The notes beneath the pieces are model-generated. The model saw nothing but the letters and a program-made list of their open reading frames with translations. It did no database searches and was not told the origin of the DNA. Position numbers and translations under genes: made by a program. Source: Ascidiella aspersa (Eukaryota). From it: a stretch of 64,000 nt of DNA. The DNA lies in NCBI GenBank assembly GCA_963924565.1, contig OZ004607.1:31682001-31746000 (forward strand). The letters are read 5' to 3'. This document shows positions 26,001-39,600 of this stretch, one piece after another; the stretch's first letter is position 1; every line of letters starts with the position of its first letter.

Positions 26001-29000
26001 CAAAAATCACTATGTTTTTAGGGTTTTTGGTCGCATTAATGTTTGTTTACGAAACTCAACAGACATTAAAAAACAATTCTGGTTAGATACAACAAAAAAT
26101 ATTTCAAAAATTAAGCTTAAGATTTATAGTTTTAATTTAACAAAAAATATGTGCAATTTTTTTTATTAAAAAAACCCAATTGGACAAACTTTGTGTTGTG
26201 ACTTTGGTAAGTGATTCTATAACATAAAAAACGAAGACAGTATATTATTAGAAAACAGAATCGTAAGTTATTCCAAACTCGAAATAAAACTTCCCTTGGC
26301 TGTAAGTTCAAATCTCAATTTAGTGCTATATATTTGTATTTACTGTCAGCGTTAAATTGCAAAACTTCTTTATAAAATAAAAATATGCCGACAGCTCACT
26401 TTAGAATGTCGTTTTGGCTTTCGCTTTGCTCAATAACTTGCTGCATCAAGTTCTTCTGCTGAACTTGGCGAATAAGCGGGATCTCTGTTGATGATGCCAT
26501 GTTTTCCACCTTTTTATCTGCAGCCGCTTTCTGGGGACTTTTTCCTGAAACAATAAAACCTTTAAATTGAATGGCAAATTCAAGCAGGTCAAGTAATTTG
26601 ACATCATCTTAATTAGGACATTTGAATACGCACTTGTATAATCACCGGTTATTAACCGTTGTCAAGCTGCATTACAGATCCGTGCTAAATAAAAGCTTTT
26701 GGCCTAAATTGCTAAGACCTTTTGGAAATTTTTTTTAAACCTTTTTTCGGCAATCCAAATACTAAGCATTATTGTAAAACAATTTATACCCACTGCCTAA
26801 ACGGTCCAATTGCTTTCCACTTAACATTTTTGTAACTTAAAGTAAAAAAAACACACACAAAAAAATTGCTTAGGGCCAATCTCAATAAACTGAATTAGGT
26901 GAAATACTGAAGTCGGCAGATACACTTTAGCCCACGGCAAAATACCTAGAAAGCAATGACTTATAAAACACTTCTTACTTAATATCGGCGCCTTAGGTAG
27001 CAAGAAATCATCTCGGTGTGTCGCTTGACCTTTGACCTCCAGTTCTGGATGCTTGCTTTGTGATTGGTCATTCGCTGACGACGATTTCAACCAATCAGAA
27101 AGGGGACGCCCGAGCATAGAAGTGGTGTTCCTTACCGGATTTTCAGCTTTCTGGATTATAGTTGTAGTAAAATTTTACGTTATTTTTTAGGTGTAGTGAA
27201 ATTATAGTAGTAGTGAACGCGCTTCGCGCAATTTACCTAATTTTGTCCCCTGTCCCCGTGTGATACCAATTACTTTACGTGCTATATAAGCTGATCTCGT
27301 TTCATTTGATTTGTTTCAAGAATTTGACTTGGAATTACAACATAGGCAATAAGGAAGGGATTTTAAGTTTGTGTCATTATACTTTTTAATTCTATGTTTG
27401 GTTTCTTTCAGAAAATTCAGGTTTGTACAAGTTTTCTTTAACAGTAGAATATACAAAAAATGTGCAAGATTTGACTACTAATAATTAAAAAAGAAAGATT
27501 TAAACGTAAATCTAACATATTTCGAATGATTAAAAGTCTATCGGACCAACTAATATCGAAAAACAGAAGGTTTTTTTTTCAAGAAATTTAAAATGTATAT
27601 TTAATGTGAAATGTGCAAGAAAATCGACTGACTATCATAAAATGTGCTGAATACAAGTTTCAAACAGTATTTCAAAGCCTTTCTAAAAAAACTCAGATAA
27701 TTTTTTTACAATTTTGGACATTCCAGTTTGTCATGTACCTTTAAAGGTTTGATGATGGGCATCAGTAAGGTCAGCGATTTACTTCGGTAGAGGCTGGACC
27801 CAATCTTTTTGGGCGTGGGCGACATGCCGGCAGTTTCACTTTGTTCTGGCGATGGGTCGTTGTCGTGCTGTACACTACTGGGCATTTCATCTGGCAAATG
27901 CTGCACGGGCTACATGAAATAAATTCAAAGACTATCCCCAAAAACTAAAATTGGTTTAATCAACTTGTTTAAAATATAATTTGAAAACAAAACAGTATAA
28001 ATGAAAAGGCCACGCCCAATACTTTTCATTCCACTAGCGACACATGACAACTTGGTTGTTTTTAAAAAAAGTTAAAAAATCTAAGGGGTCACCAAGATTT
28101 TCCATAAATGGGTGAATAACTGTAAAAACTGAAACAGATAACACATTTTCCAAAATATATAGTATAACATCGGTTTGCTAAAAAAATTATTGTAATAAAC
28201 TACTTATTAACAATATATTTTAGCTGCATTAAGGAAAAATGCCACAGACCAGAATAATTATTCACGGTGGCCATATTTAACGACCACTGGCGTAGACAAT
28301 TAGCCTGGCCATAACCTCACGAAAACAAATACTCACCGTCACAGATTTGCCGACCAGTAGTGAAGGTATGTTTGGCAGACTAAGACTGGCTACCCCACTC
28401 ATCATTCTACTGCCACTGGAACCTGGGACTTGCTTTATATTGGAATGGATACCCAACTTTTTCTTGAAGATTGTGTCAAAACTTGGGACCTTGAAAGAAT
28501 TAACAGTTGCTCACCAACGAGTTTTTAACGTTTTGGAGTAAGAAACTTAGATATCAAAGTCAAATATTTAGAAAGTAACTCAACTTTTTGAAGTTCAACT
28601 AATTATTGATTTAATTGTGGTTTAAAATCATCATGAATATTTTTTTTAAAAAAGTAAGAGAAAAAAGTAAGTTGCAATTTTTTGTAATTTTAGCGGATAA
28701 GTAATATACATAATTTAATAAAAAATGTCACTAGTTAAAGTAGTAATAGCATTTTGTTAAAACACTTGTTTAAATAAATTTGCAGATTAGGAAAAAAATA
28801 TATAATATGGTAAGACAATCTTACCAAGCACTTTTGTAAAAATGAACTGCTTCTTCCAGTTTTGGAACTTGCTGTTCTCTTTGCTTGCCCATCCATCTTA
28901 ATGTCACACAACACACTATTAGATAACTGGGTAAATAACAATTAGCAAAATATCTATACAGTCATAAATCACCTTAACTGGTTGCTGCTGGATTAGACTC

Positions 29001-30889
29001 TTTTGTGCAACTTCTTTTTTCTAAAAATTAGAAATAGGCACATCGTATAAGATGTGTATTGTATAATATAATGTATTTTTTATTTTCTTGTTTCAAAACA
29101 GCCCGTTGCAATATGTTTTGACACCACAAATGGATATAAATATATGAATACACACAAAACATGCCAACATTCTAGAAACCTTCTCCATTTGCCTTTTAAC
29201 CTCTTCCAACTCTTCAACTTCTTTTTCTAAAGCTTTCACTCTGTTAAATCTGGCCTGTGCAACTGCCTTTTCTTTGTACAAGAATTTCATCTTTTTAGCA
29301 CTTCACGCAGATTGAATTGTTGTTAAAGAATGCAACCAAAATACTACAATGGCATGAATATATTTCTATTGAAGTTTAAAGCAATATTTTCCCAAGTGCA
29401 CTTAGTGGTGTCCAAACATAGCTATCAATATTTTAAGTTGAACATTTAAATAGTTATTAAAGGTTAAATATTTATATTGAGGACACAGGGACCCAATATA
29501 ACTGTTTATATGGCTGGGGATTGTACTTTACTTTATTTTTTTAGGCTGCTGTCAGGATCGGGAATCAGACTCGAGTTGTTTGGTATACATTCTGCACAAT
29601 CTAAAACAAATGTGCTATTGTCGAATATCCAGGCAGAATTAAATCTGCTTGTTCATAAAAAGGATACACTGCCACTCCCCACTCTGTGATAGACTGATAT
29701 TTTGTTGCCTGATCTGAAATTATCAAAACATAAAAAACTCATATGTAAAGTTTATCGACCATGAACAAAATTTTATCGTAACTATTTTAAATTGAAAAGG
29801 CTGAAAGAATTCTTCAGTCACAACAACCTCGCTTGGCTATTTTTTCTTCAATCTCTTTTCTAACTTTTAAATTTTGCAACTTTACTGCTTCCAGCTTTGT
29901 CTGAAGAGTAGCTACAACATGATGCTGCTTCTTTAGGTCGGCCACAAGTGGAATACTGTCGTACTGGTTCATTCTCTCTTCAACCATTTCTTTAAATTTG
30001 CTGTACTTCTTTTCACAGTCATTTCTAATCAAAATTAACTATTTTTTATTAGGCTTATATACATTAGTAAATAAATTTGTGACAAAGAATTAAACAAAGA
30101 GATATTTGCTGCAATACTTTATGCACAAAGTGATATGTTTATTATTTAGAAAAACAGTATGCACATATGGACTCAAAAAGTTCTGTTAAATACCAAAAGG
30201 TTCTGTTTAAAAATCCTTCACTAACACTAGAGACTGTAGAGAAACTCACAAAATTTTTGCATTCTTTTCTTTCTGAGAGACAAATAACTCTTCTTTTAAC
30301 TTTGCTTGTGCGCGTAGTAGTTCACCAGTATCTTCAAGACTAAGCATATGTTGAATTTAACTGTACTTAGCGAAATCTGATGTATTGTAACGCGCATCAT
30401 GCATTTAGTTTCATGTTAGTCGTTTTGTAGTACCTTTGGCAAACTTACGTTTTTATTTGAACTTTTTGGTGCTCAAATATGGACATAGTGTGTTTGATGG
30501 CAAGTTCTAGTTCAACATTTTCACTACGGAGCTTAGCAGTTGCTTCACCCCTCTCGAGTATGTCCTTTTCTAAATCTAGTTACAGCAAAATATCTATCAT
30601 GTAACTTTTAAAAATTAGTAAAAACTAAAAAAAAACTATTTTAATCAAATCAATTGGTATTATTTTTTGTTAAAATAAACTGCATTAAAATCCCACCAGA
30701 TGTTGCTATATGATGTTTTATTCTGTAGAAAAATGCCCTTTGACGTGACTTTTATAATATAGTACCTTTAATCTGCTCCTTTTCCTTTTCAACAATGCTC
30801 TTCTTCTCCGCAACTTCTGCCTCAAGTTTGTTGAAAGTGGCCAGCAGTTCACGCGGGACTCCCCCTTCACTGAATGTTGCCATCGTCAT
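23025..30889 (-). CDS. SIX6OS1/C14orf39-like synaptonemal complex central element protein (~17 exons; internal boundaries approximate)
   Basis: First exon 30766-30889 MTMATFSEGGVPRELLATFNKLEAEVAEKK. Coiled-coil exons include YDSIPLVADLKKQH and YQSITEWGVAV, resembling recalled SIX6OS1 YSETPFSREY and FPSLTKWTLNI. A Ser/Pro-rich middle follows, then last exon 23025-23356 with FPFNF/FSFSF/FSFNL motifs like the Phe-rich SIX6OS1 tail. Confidence 0.55.
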
Positions 30890-31695
30890 ATAGCAGTTGT
30901 GTGTTTAACAAAAAAAAAACTACCTTTTTATCTATTTTAACCTAAAAAACAAACAGAATGTCACATAACAAGAAAAAGTGCAGTTAATATAGTTCTTTAA
31001 GTTAGACACAAAGACACATAGTATCGCAAAAACATATTTTCCTAGGAACCTCAACATTTTTATTCACATAAACAAACTTTCTTAATTATATTGTTGATTG
31101 TTTGAACATATAGCATCACTAGGAAAGCAGTAAAATTATTGTTTTTTAAAAAGATTGAACACATAAATTTACTTAAAATTGTCAAGCAATTGTGCAGTAT
31201 ATATAAATTCACTGTGTGACTTAATGAATAATAATTAACAAATCCATGTTTTTTTAAAAATGATTGAAGAAGTAAACAGATTGCGAACAAACGCACTGAG
31301 GTAAAAATGAGAAGAGTGCCCTGTTTTGGAAGAATGTTGAAGTTTTGACAAACCCATCAGGGATTGAGCGAAATATTTTATATTAGCAAAATCCCTGACA
31401 CAACTATTATTTGTTAAATTGTTTTAAATCAAAAGCATCTCATCCATTTATTGGTGAGAGTTGGCATATTTTAAGTTTCCTATATTAGTGTATTACACCA
31501 GTATACAGGATATTGAATAACAATTTGTATTTTTGAAAGAAATAAACAAGAAAAATTTTATTGACTTGTAAAGCAATAAGTCAGTTTGGTATATCACAGA
31601 AAAATCTCTTGCCATATTATACTGTTTGTTTAAATAGTATCGATAAAAGTGACCTGTAAGAAATTGTTTCGGAATATTGCCCCTTAACAAAAACA

Positions 31696-32795
31696 TTATA
31701 AATCATCGGTGGCTCTTTTCAATACGCAAGAGCAAGCTTTCTTTTGTGCATCAATGAAAGATTTGCAGCCAAGCACAGTAACTCCACCATATATAACATC
31801 AGCTGTGATCATACAAGCTGAAAAATTCAGAGAAAGTAAAGTAAAATTGAGTCAACATACTGTATATAGATCAACTGACAACATTTCATACAACGCATGG
31901 CAAAGTGTGACATTCAGATAGTGATACATTGAAATTGAATAGATGACTAACTTTTCTATGACATTGAAATGACTCATCAGCTAATAGAACAAAGTTGTTT
32001 AAATAAGTTTATGTTACCCTGTTGCCTGCATTATTGGCAACATTTTCTATGTACTAACAAAAATGCATTTAAAAGGGTTTGCGGTTAAGTTTGCACACAA
32101 AAGATTAAAAAAAATTACTATTTAGCAAAAATCAGTAAATAAAAGGACCAACCATCTATTGTAAATACAACATCTTTGCTTGACTTTTTCTTTTTTGGGA
32201 GCGATGAACAAGTATTTTTTAAACATTGCCTGAAATCTTTGTCGCATTTATTTTTGCTTGAACTACAAGTGTCGTAACACAAGTCGTGACTGTCACAGCA
32301 CAAACTCAGCAAGGACATGTGACTCAAATCAACCTGCAGCAATATGTTTATCATAACATTACAAAACAGGCCTCAAATAAAAAAATCATTTAAAAAAATT
32401 ACTTCAACTCCAAGAGATCCACATCCATTACTTGAAGGTGAATGACTACGGTTAGCAATCTTTTTTCGTCCTAGAAAAATAGGTTTAACCCAATTAGGTC
32501 AAGGTAAAGGGGGTTATCTATGTTTGAAAAAAAATATGTTTATCAAAAGTGTCTTCAAATTATTGTTTATGCTTTAACATACAGATATTTTCTGTTTTAA
32601 TTGCTTACCTAACGGACAAGCATAAATGCATTGTGGATTGTCGAGAGACATTTGAAGTGAATCAAATACACCGACTAAGGCCTTCATTCCTGTCGCTATC
32701 ATTTTTGGGTCAATATCAAGATCCGCTTGTCCAAAACATGAAGACAAAAATGGGAATATAGCAAATACAAACCAACGTTTGAAGTTGAAAAACAT
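31696..32795 (-). CDS. PLA2G12: Group XII secretory phospholipase A2, 185 aa; exons 32609-32795, 32403-32470, 32153-32333, 31696-31817
   Basis: Signal peptide, CIYACP, NGCGSLG calcium loop, CCDSHDLCYDTC with His-Asp intact, CD..FRQCL, LGCKSFIDAQKKAC, C-terminal TDDL; all exon phases consistent. Confidence 0.92.
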
Positions 32796-33621
32796 AATGA
32801 TCAGTGAAACCCAAATACGGTCTAAGAAATAAAAGTAATATAAATAATATTTTTACCATTTTTACAACTTCAACTCAATAACGCTTCATTTACTGATTAA
32901 TTACAGATATATTACTTCATAGTGTTATGCACATATCTGTTCACTAAACAGAATTAAGCATTAATACTGAAAACAATAAGTCACAAATTAAGTTTCTGGG
33001 GAATTGCACCAATACTCCTCCTAAGTCAAATTTATTAATTTAAAATGTTATGCTACTGTTTAATACTAACAGCAATACAACATATATTATTTTTTTCGAA
33101 AAGATAAACCTAAGAATTAACTACAAAACAATACGGAACATTAGTATCGAGAGCCTAAATTACTACAACGAACTAGTTTAACGGCACGTGTCCTTGTTTA
33201 CAAACAAACCGTGAACAACTGACCATCTTTACCGCGCGTAAATTTATAATTTTGCAGTTTGCAATAATCAACTTTTCATTATGCGAATGATGTTTTTTTT
33301 TTCTACTTATAATTTTTGCGGCCATGGATTCCGCCTAAAGTTTGCTTTTATTAATTTTTTTACTTTTGCATGCTACAATAAATGTGTGGCTTAACAACTA
33401 CAGTTTTATTCTTTTCTTTCTCTAGTTTTATTAACAAATTCTATATCATTCCAAAAGCTGCTAGAGTAGGGTTTTGCTCATTTTCTTATCTTCCATTTTT
33501 TAAGTAAAAGAAAAAAAAATGCGGCGTTAACATTTCAACATTTAGGGAAAATCCCAGTGTACCTTGGTAAACAAAGATGTTCCGTTTTTGTTCTTGTGGG
33601 TTTTTTAACTTTTAGGGGGTA
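32796..33621. promoter_or_regulatory. Probable bidirectional promoter between PLA2G12 and the Syk-like kinase
   Basis: Head-to-head ATGs 827 bp apart; CACGTG at 33185-33190; kappaB-like GGGAAAATCCC at 33545-33555; polypyrimidine-AG acceptors just upstream of both ATGs. Confidence 0.5.
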
Positions 33622-35442
33622 ATGGATTTTAGTGGCGTAGTTTATTATCACGGAACTATCGGAAGGGACGAAGCACGTCAAGTTTTGTCGGAAAAACCAG
33701 ACGGCTCCTTTCTTCTTCGAAAAAGTATAAATTTACAAGATGGTTATGCCATATCCGTTAATCACCTCGGAAAAACCTTACACTACAGCATCAAATTGTG
33801 GCCACCTGCTAATCTCTATGGTGTCAACAAACTATCAACATTCGAAACACCGGTTTTAGTGTGCGAACACTACATGAAGAAAGCTGGGGGCCTGAAGTCA
33901 AGGCTTCTGTACCCTGTTGGAGTAAGCACATATTTGAACGTTAGACCACCGCGGTCATCTACTTCTTCAGTTTATGAAGACCAGGAATGGTTCCACGGAA
34001 AAATTACGAGGGAAGAAGATGCCATGCGACTTTCTTGTGCCTACAGAGTGCTACATCAGGATGGAATTTATTTGGTAAGAGAAAAAGAGGATAGCCTTTT
34101 TGTGCTGAGCATAGTCCATTGTGCAAAAGTGCACCGTTACAAGATTATCTATGACACTAATTCTCAAAAGTATAACATTGATGGAAAAGCTCAGCTGTTT
34201 CCGTCACTTGTTGAGTTAGTGGAATTCTACAAGCAGTTCAGAAATGATGGATTACTTTGTGTTTTACAAAAGGCCTGTTCACAATATGCAACTTACCCCA
34301 GCTGGACAAAGCCTAAACCCACTCCCAAACCTGCTGGACTTACCTTTGGGTCTCCTGGAGTTGTAGCCAGGTTAGCAGAGAGACTGAAACTAATGATTCC
34401 TCCCAATAGCCTAGAGGTTCCGTGGTCGGATTCTGCAGAAGATGCAGAGAAAACATCTCCAAGAAGTCCAAAAACTCCTACAAGTCAAAGAAATTTCACT
34501 TCTATTCTTTCCAGGTTCAATCGAAAATCTATGCCAAAGGATTCATTCGGATTTCAGAGTCCTTATTGCAACTTGACTTCTTTTAAGGAAAACAAGATAG
34601 TTGCTCCAGACCTATACATCAAAAGCGATCTGGTTAAAATGGGTAAAGTCATTGGGCGTGGGCATTTTGGCTGTGTTCGACAGGGAGAGTGTGAACTACA
34701 AAGTCAGATAATTCCTTGTGCAGTGAAGACAATGTCTGGCAGCGACGTTCAAGCAAACCGGGAAGAACTGCTCCGGGAAGTTTCTGTGATGCAAAAGCTT
34801 GATCATCCTTTCATTGTGCGAGTGCTTGCTGTGTGCGATGACCCCACGCCTTCTGGCGACTTGAAAATCATTTTGGAACTTGCCCCGCTGGGATCTTTAA
34901 GGGCCTTTGTAAAATATGAAAACAGGGACTCTTTTCCAGAGGAGCAACTTCTTGCATTGATGGTCCAAGTCTGTGATGGAATGGCCTTTCTAGAAAGCAA
35001 AAATGTGGTGCACAGAGATTTGGCCGCCCGTAATGTGCTTCTGGTTACTGAAAAGTTTGTAAAGATTTCAGACTTTGGCATGTCCAGGGTTCTGCATGAC
35101 TCAGAAAACTACTACAGGGCAGCCAAGCCAGGATCTTGGCCACTTAGGTGGTATTCTTTAGAGGCATTGCACTACTACAAATTCTCGAGTAAGGGAGATG
35201 TTTGGAGTTTTGGTGTAACTCTCTGGGAAGTTTTGTCATATGGTAGCAGACCTTACCAGAGCCTGAAAGGGCATGAGATTGTGGGCATGCTTGAAAGGGG
35301 AAAGAGATTAGAGTGTCCGATTGGATGTTCGCCAGGCGCTTATGCCTTGATGTTGCAATGCTGGTCTGAAAAACCAGAGCAAAGGCCAAGCTTTAGTGAA
35401 ATTCTGCCAATTCTTCAATCTATGTATGAAAATGAAAACTGA
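33622..35442 (+). CDS. SYK: Syk/ZAP70-family tandem-SH2 tyrosine kinase, intronless CDS, 606 aa
   Basis: Two SH2 domains (YYHG..GSFLLRKS; WFHG..GIYLVRE); kinase motifs GRGHFG, AVK, HRDLAARNVLLV, DFG; activation loop ENYYRA; WPLRWY; DVWSFG. Confidence 0.92.
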   Translation: MDFSGVVYYHGTIGRDEARQVLSEKPDGSFLLRKSINLQDGYAISVNHLGKTLHYSIKLWPPANLYGVNKLSTFETPVLVCEHYMKKAGGLKSRLLYPVGVSTYLNVRPPRSSTSSVYEDQEWFHGKITREEDAMRLSCAYRVLHQDGIYLVREKEDSLFVLSIVHCAKVHRYKIIYDTNSQKYNIDGKAQLFPSLVELVEFYKQFRNDGLLCVLQKACSQYATYPSWTKPKPTPKPAGLTFGSPGVVARLAERLKLMIPPNSLEVPWSDSAEDAEKTSPRSPKTPTSQRNFTSILSRFNRKSMPKDSFGFQSPYCNLTSFKENKIVAPDLYIKSDLVKMGKVIGRGHFGCVRQGECELQSQIIPCAVKTMSGSDVQANREELLREVSVMQKLDHPFIVRVLAVCDDPTPSGDLKIILELAPLGSLRAFVKYENRDSFPEEQLLALMVQVCDGMAFLESKNVVHRDLAARNVLLVTEKFVKISDFGMSRVLHDSENYYRAAKPGSWPLRWYSLEALHYYKFSSKGDVWSFGVTLWEVLSYGSRPYQSLKGHEIVGMLERGKRLECPIGCSPGAYALMLQCWSEKPEQRPSFSEILPILQSMYENEN

Positions 35443-36622
35443 TAATTGTTTTTTACAGATTAGTCAACCGGTAATTATTTAAAAAAAAAATGTTGATTTT
35501 TAAAGTAATTCTGTGAATTGTTTCCTTTCTGTGGCAATCTGTATATATTTCATGCAATTACATATTCTTTAGTTTTTAATATAATTTTATGCATTTTTAT
35601 CTCCCTCAGCACTTTTCAACTATGGTAGTACACTTATATTACTTGACTTTTAGTTAATATCCTGCACCAGGACTTTCTTCAAATGGTATATGCATTCACC
35701 TTTTTTGCTATGTTTTAAGTTCATATACTAGCTCTTACTATTGTTGCAAGTCATACAATATTATAGTTTTTTGTCTATGCACCCAAGCAAGCTGTCCATA
35801 ATTGTTTCTGTCGCTAAGCAATATTGTAGAAAATGATGTCTTCAAATTTGATGATGTGTTAATATTCCTTGTACAAATTTGTGCGTTTTAAAGTTCTGCG
35901 TTTATTCTTTCTATTTGGTATCATTTGAATGCAGCTCATGCCGTGAGTTAGGAATTTCAAATTTATAACCGTATAACTGAGAGTTACTGGATATTTTATC
36001 TACCTAATGCTGCTTTGACATTCAAAATGATGTATTGCAAAAATGAATAAATTCCCTGCCTTCAAACTTGACGCGAAAATCATTTTATTTAAAATGAAAG
36101 CACATGGACTGCAAGGAACTACGATTGAAAGGAGAAAAAGTGCAACAATAACGCGCAAACACTGCAATAAAAAATGACGTTAACTCTTGACGACACCTTC
36201 GTCCATACTGAAGGAGAAAACAATGTCGCATGGCACTAGAAAAAGGGCGAACTTAAAACAACGCAAAGGAAAGGCGGACAAATACTGGTCCCAAAACATT
36301 GAGGGTTAGAGTGTTAAAGTTTGCTAAATCTCCAGCTGCTGTTGAGAAAAATTAAAATGAGATTAAAAGCTATGAAATTCCTAAAAGACAGTGATTCGGA
36401 AGCTTTTTCAGTGGTAGTACATAAAAAGTACTTATATTTATTGCGCAGTGGCCCAGTGCAAAATAATGTAGGAAACAAACAGCTTAGGAAATATTAAAAC
36501 TCTGCCATTGCGCTACGTCGGGTATTATTAGAAGTAGGATAAACAGAAGAGTGTTTTTATTTTGGCAAAACGCTCAACTTTATCGCAAAGTCGTATTCAA
36601 AAAACAGCGTTTTTGCTCGTAT

Positions 36623-39600
36623 TTAAGAGGAGGGATTGCTAGTTGGCCAGAACGTCTTGAGAGGTAGGGAAACGAAGCGAGGCGGGCCCCTGTTGTGCCT
36701 TCGTTTGGGAGCGTGACTTCGTTCGTGCTCGGGGGCCAAGCAGCGGCTAACCTCGATGCTACAAACAGAAGGCAAACATTAAGAGTTTTGGAAACTATAC
36801 AAAAGAAAAAGGTGTTGCCAAAAACACTTTTCACTTTAAAGTATAACATAGCTCACTCCCCAAAAACTATTGCTAATTGTTTACGCCGTTCCAATAATGA
36901 TTGTTGATAGCTATGTCCGATATTATCGGAGCCGATACCTGATGCCAAGTGCGGAATCGGTTCTCGTCCGATACTAGGCTGGTATCGGTGCCAATCCGAA
37001 GCTAAATGAAATAGATATTTTAAACACGATTTGCCACCAAATGCAGCAATTTCAACATGAAAAGTCAACAACTGATTAACTTCTTTTGGCCTAATAACCT
37101 AATTAATAGGCTACTATCTTTGAATGTTTTAATTCAATCAACTTTTGATTGTCTAAGCATGGTAATGACGTCTATGTTACCGGGGCGATACTTTTTATTT
37201 AAAATATCAGTATCGGATTAAAATTCCAAGTATCGGACAGCCCTAATCGTTAGATTTGTAAGATATATAGGCAAATGATGGTAAATAATAGGCCCGTACA
37301 GTATTTACCAGCCTAACATGACAAAGCAATAGGCTACTTTACATGCATTCAGCAAAAATAAGATTGATTAAAGTAGTCCACCTTTTTATATTGGTATACA
37401 TCAGAGTTTGATCGATCCAAACGGTGAAGGTTCCCTGCTGGGGCCTTTCTATTTCCATTTTGGCAGCGCTCATGTATAGCTTGTTCCCCAGCGATTCGAA
37501 GCAATCGTCTTCCGACTGACCCTGAGTTAAAGCAAACGCATAAACGTTACAATAAGTTCAAATTATATGAAAACTTGAAAGAAGGCCACGTTTTTTGGCA
37601 ATAGCCCACAATATGACTATACTAGTTCTCTACCTGAGACACCCGCACTCAATAACGTAGAACCAAGTAGTGCAGTAGGCCTACGTTTCTTGACTAACCC
37701 ATCGTCCCCATTGTTAGTGTGGGAAAAATAGTAGCCCATAGAGAGGCAAATTGCAAAATCATGTAGCCTACTATTTTCGATGCAAAATCGAAGTCTTACC
37801 CTTCGTAACTTTTTGACAGACTTTGCAAACTTGTCGTTGGCAACCAACGTCGCTTCAATAGAGTCCGCACCCGCATAAACCGCTTGCTCTATAAATAAGG
37901 AAGAAATGTAAGGCTTAGTTCAATATAGATAAAACAAAATTTATCCACAAAACTAGCAGTAGTGTAACATAGTTGCAATGGACAACTTATTAAAGTTGGG
38001 TCGTAATTTTGAAAGTTTTTTTTGCCACCAATGGAAATACCTATGCTACTGATTCGAGGTTTAAATATGTTACCACAATAAATCGAATACCTAAACCTAT
38101 ATAAGTTTATAAAATTTTTAGGCCAGTTCGTAGGCCTAGGTATTTTTAGCGTTAAAAAAGCTGGTAAACTTTGCATGACTAAAGTTTAACAAAAATATCT
38201 TTACTGCATATCGCATTTGTTAGGTCGAAATATGTTACCTTTGTTGTTGCTGTTTGTGAGACCAACAGGAACAAGCGAAACAGAACGATAAAACTTCGCT
38301 TCTAGCTTCGTGCTCGACTTAAACGAACCGTTTATTCCGAACTGTAAATAAATATATTATTATACGGTCAATGAAATAGTGGTTTTGTCATTGGGGTCGT
38401 TTACCATTTATTCAAGGTTCACTTTACCTCACATAAAGTGGCTTTTACCAGAGCCTGTTTTGTAGGTATTTATATTTTTATTATAGTATAGCCTATATAT
38501 ATACTTAAAAATAAATGTTGATATAAAAATCGAGGCAGGCTATTTTAATACATACACTCGAGATATGATAACTGCGCTCACCTTAATTAAATTATAAGTT
38601 ATGGTTGAAAGCAATTCAGTATTTGTAACCCGTGTTTAGCCCTAACCCTTAACATATAGCTAATTCTCTTTTACCTTTGCGTATTCAAACGAGGTAAAAA
38701 TCTCAGGAGGTCCGTCACTTGGATCAGCCAACTTTCCGAAGCGCCCTGAAATAAAAAATACAATATTAGAGACTAATACCCGCTGCAGTTTAGCAGTACT
38801 CGCAGTGGTTTCGCGATATCGAAACAAATCAGGTAATTTTTTCACTATAATAATTACAAGCTTTAAGTTGCTGATCTCGTTTTAATTTTACAGTGGTCGT
38901 ATTTGTTACGCTAATAAAACCGCAATAGTAAAACCGCAATAGTTAGGGCTAAGAAAATAAGCAGACTCCAGGTTTAACTTTTCGCAGATAAACTAACCTT
39001 CCATGATGGCATTCTTGTAAGCCACGGAACCGATTTCAACTCCGCAACAGAAAACAACGTTTTTCAAATCGTCAGAGCTCGTCCGCATATTCGCCTACAA
39101 AGCAAATTTCAATTGATCCAGTAAAGAAAAAGCATATGTCTAGTATCGACTATCACTGTATCAGTTATTAACTGATCTTGAAATGGTACGTACCTTGAAC
39201 AAAGGCACGTGGTATGTGGTGACAGCAAACCGGGAAAACTTGGTTAAGCTGTTCGCGAAAATCTGCGAGCAATACAACAGCGTTCAGTTTTAGATAATTT
39301 ACCATCACAAACCGCCTTCAACATCCATTATGGTGAAATCTGTACCACAAGTTTAAAAATCTGACAGGTTCTAGTATATGACTTACGTAGGTTTAGGGAT
39401 TTTTTTAATTGAGTTTTTGTTTAAAGTTGGCGTCACAAGAGTTTAAACCAAGATAATAATACAGAAAACTAACCGCAAATTATGGATTTATCGTGGTGTG
39501 TAAGTGTATAACCTCGCTTTTTAGCTTATAAATTTGTACCACAAGTTTAAAAAGTCAGACATGTCCTAGTAAATAACTTAAGTAGGTTTAGGGTTGTAAG

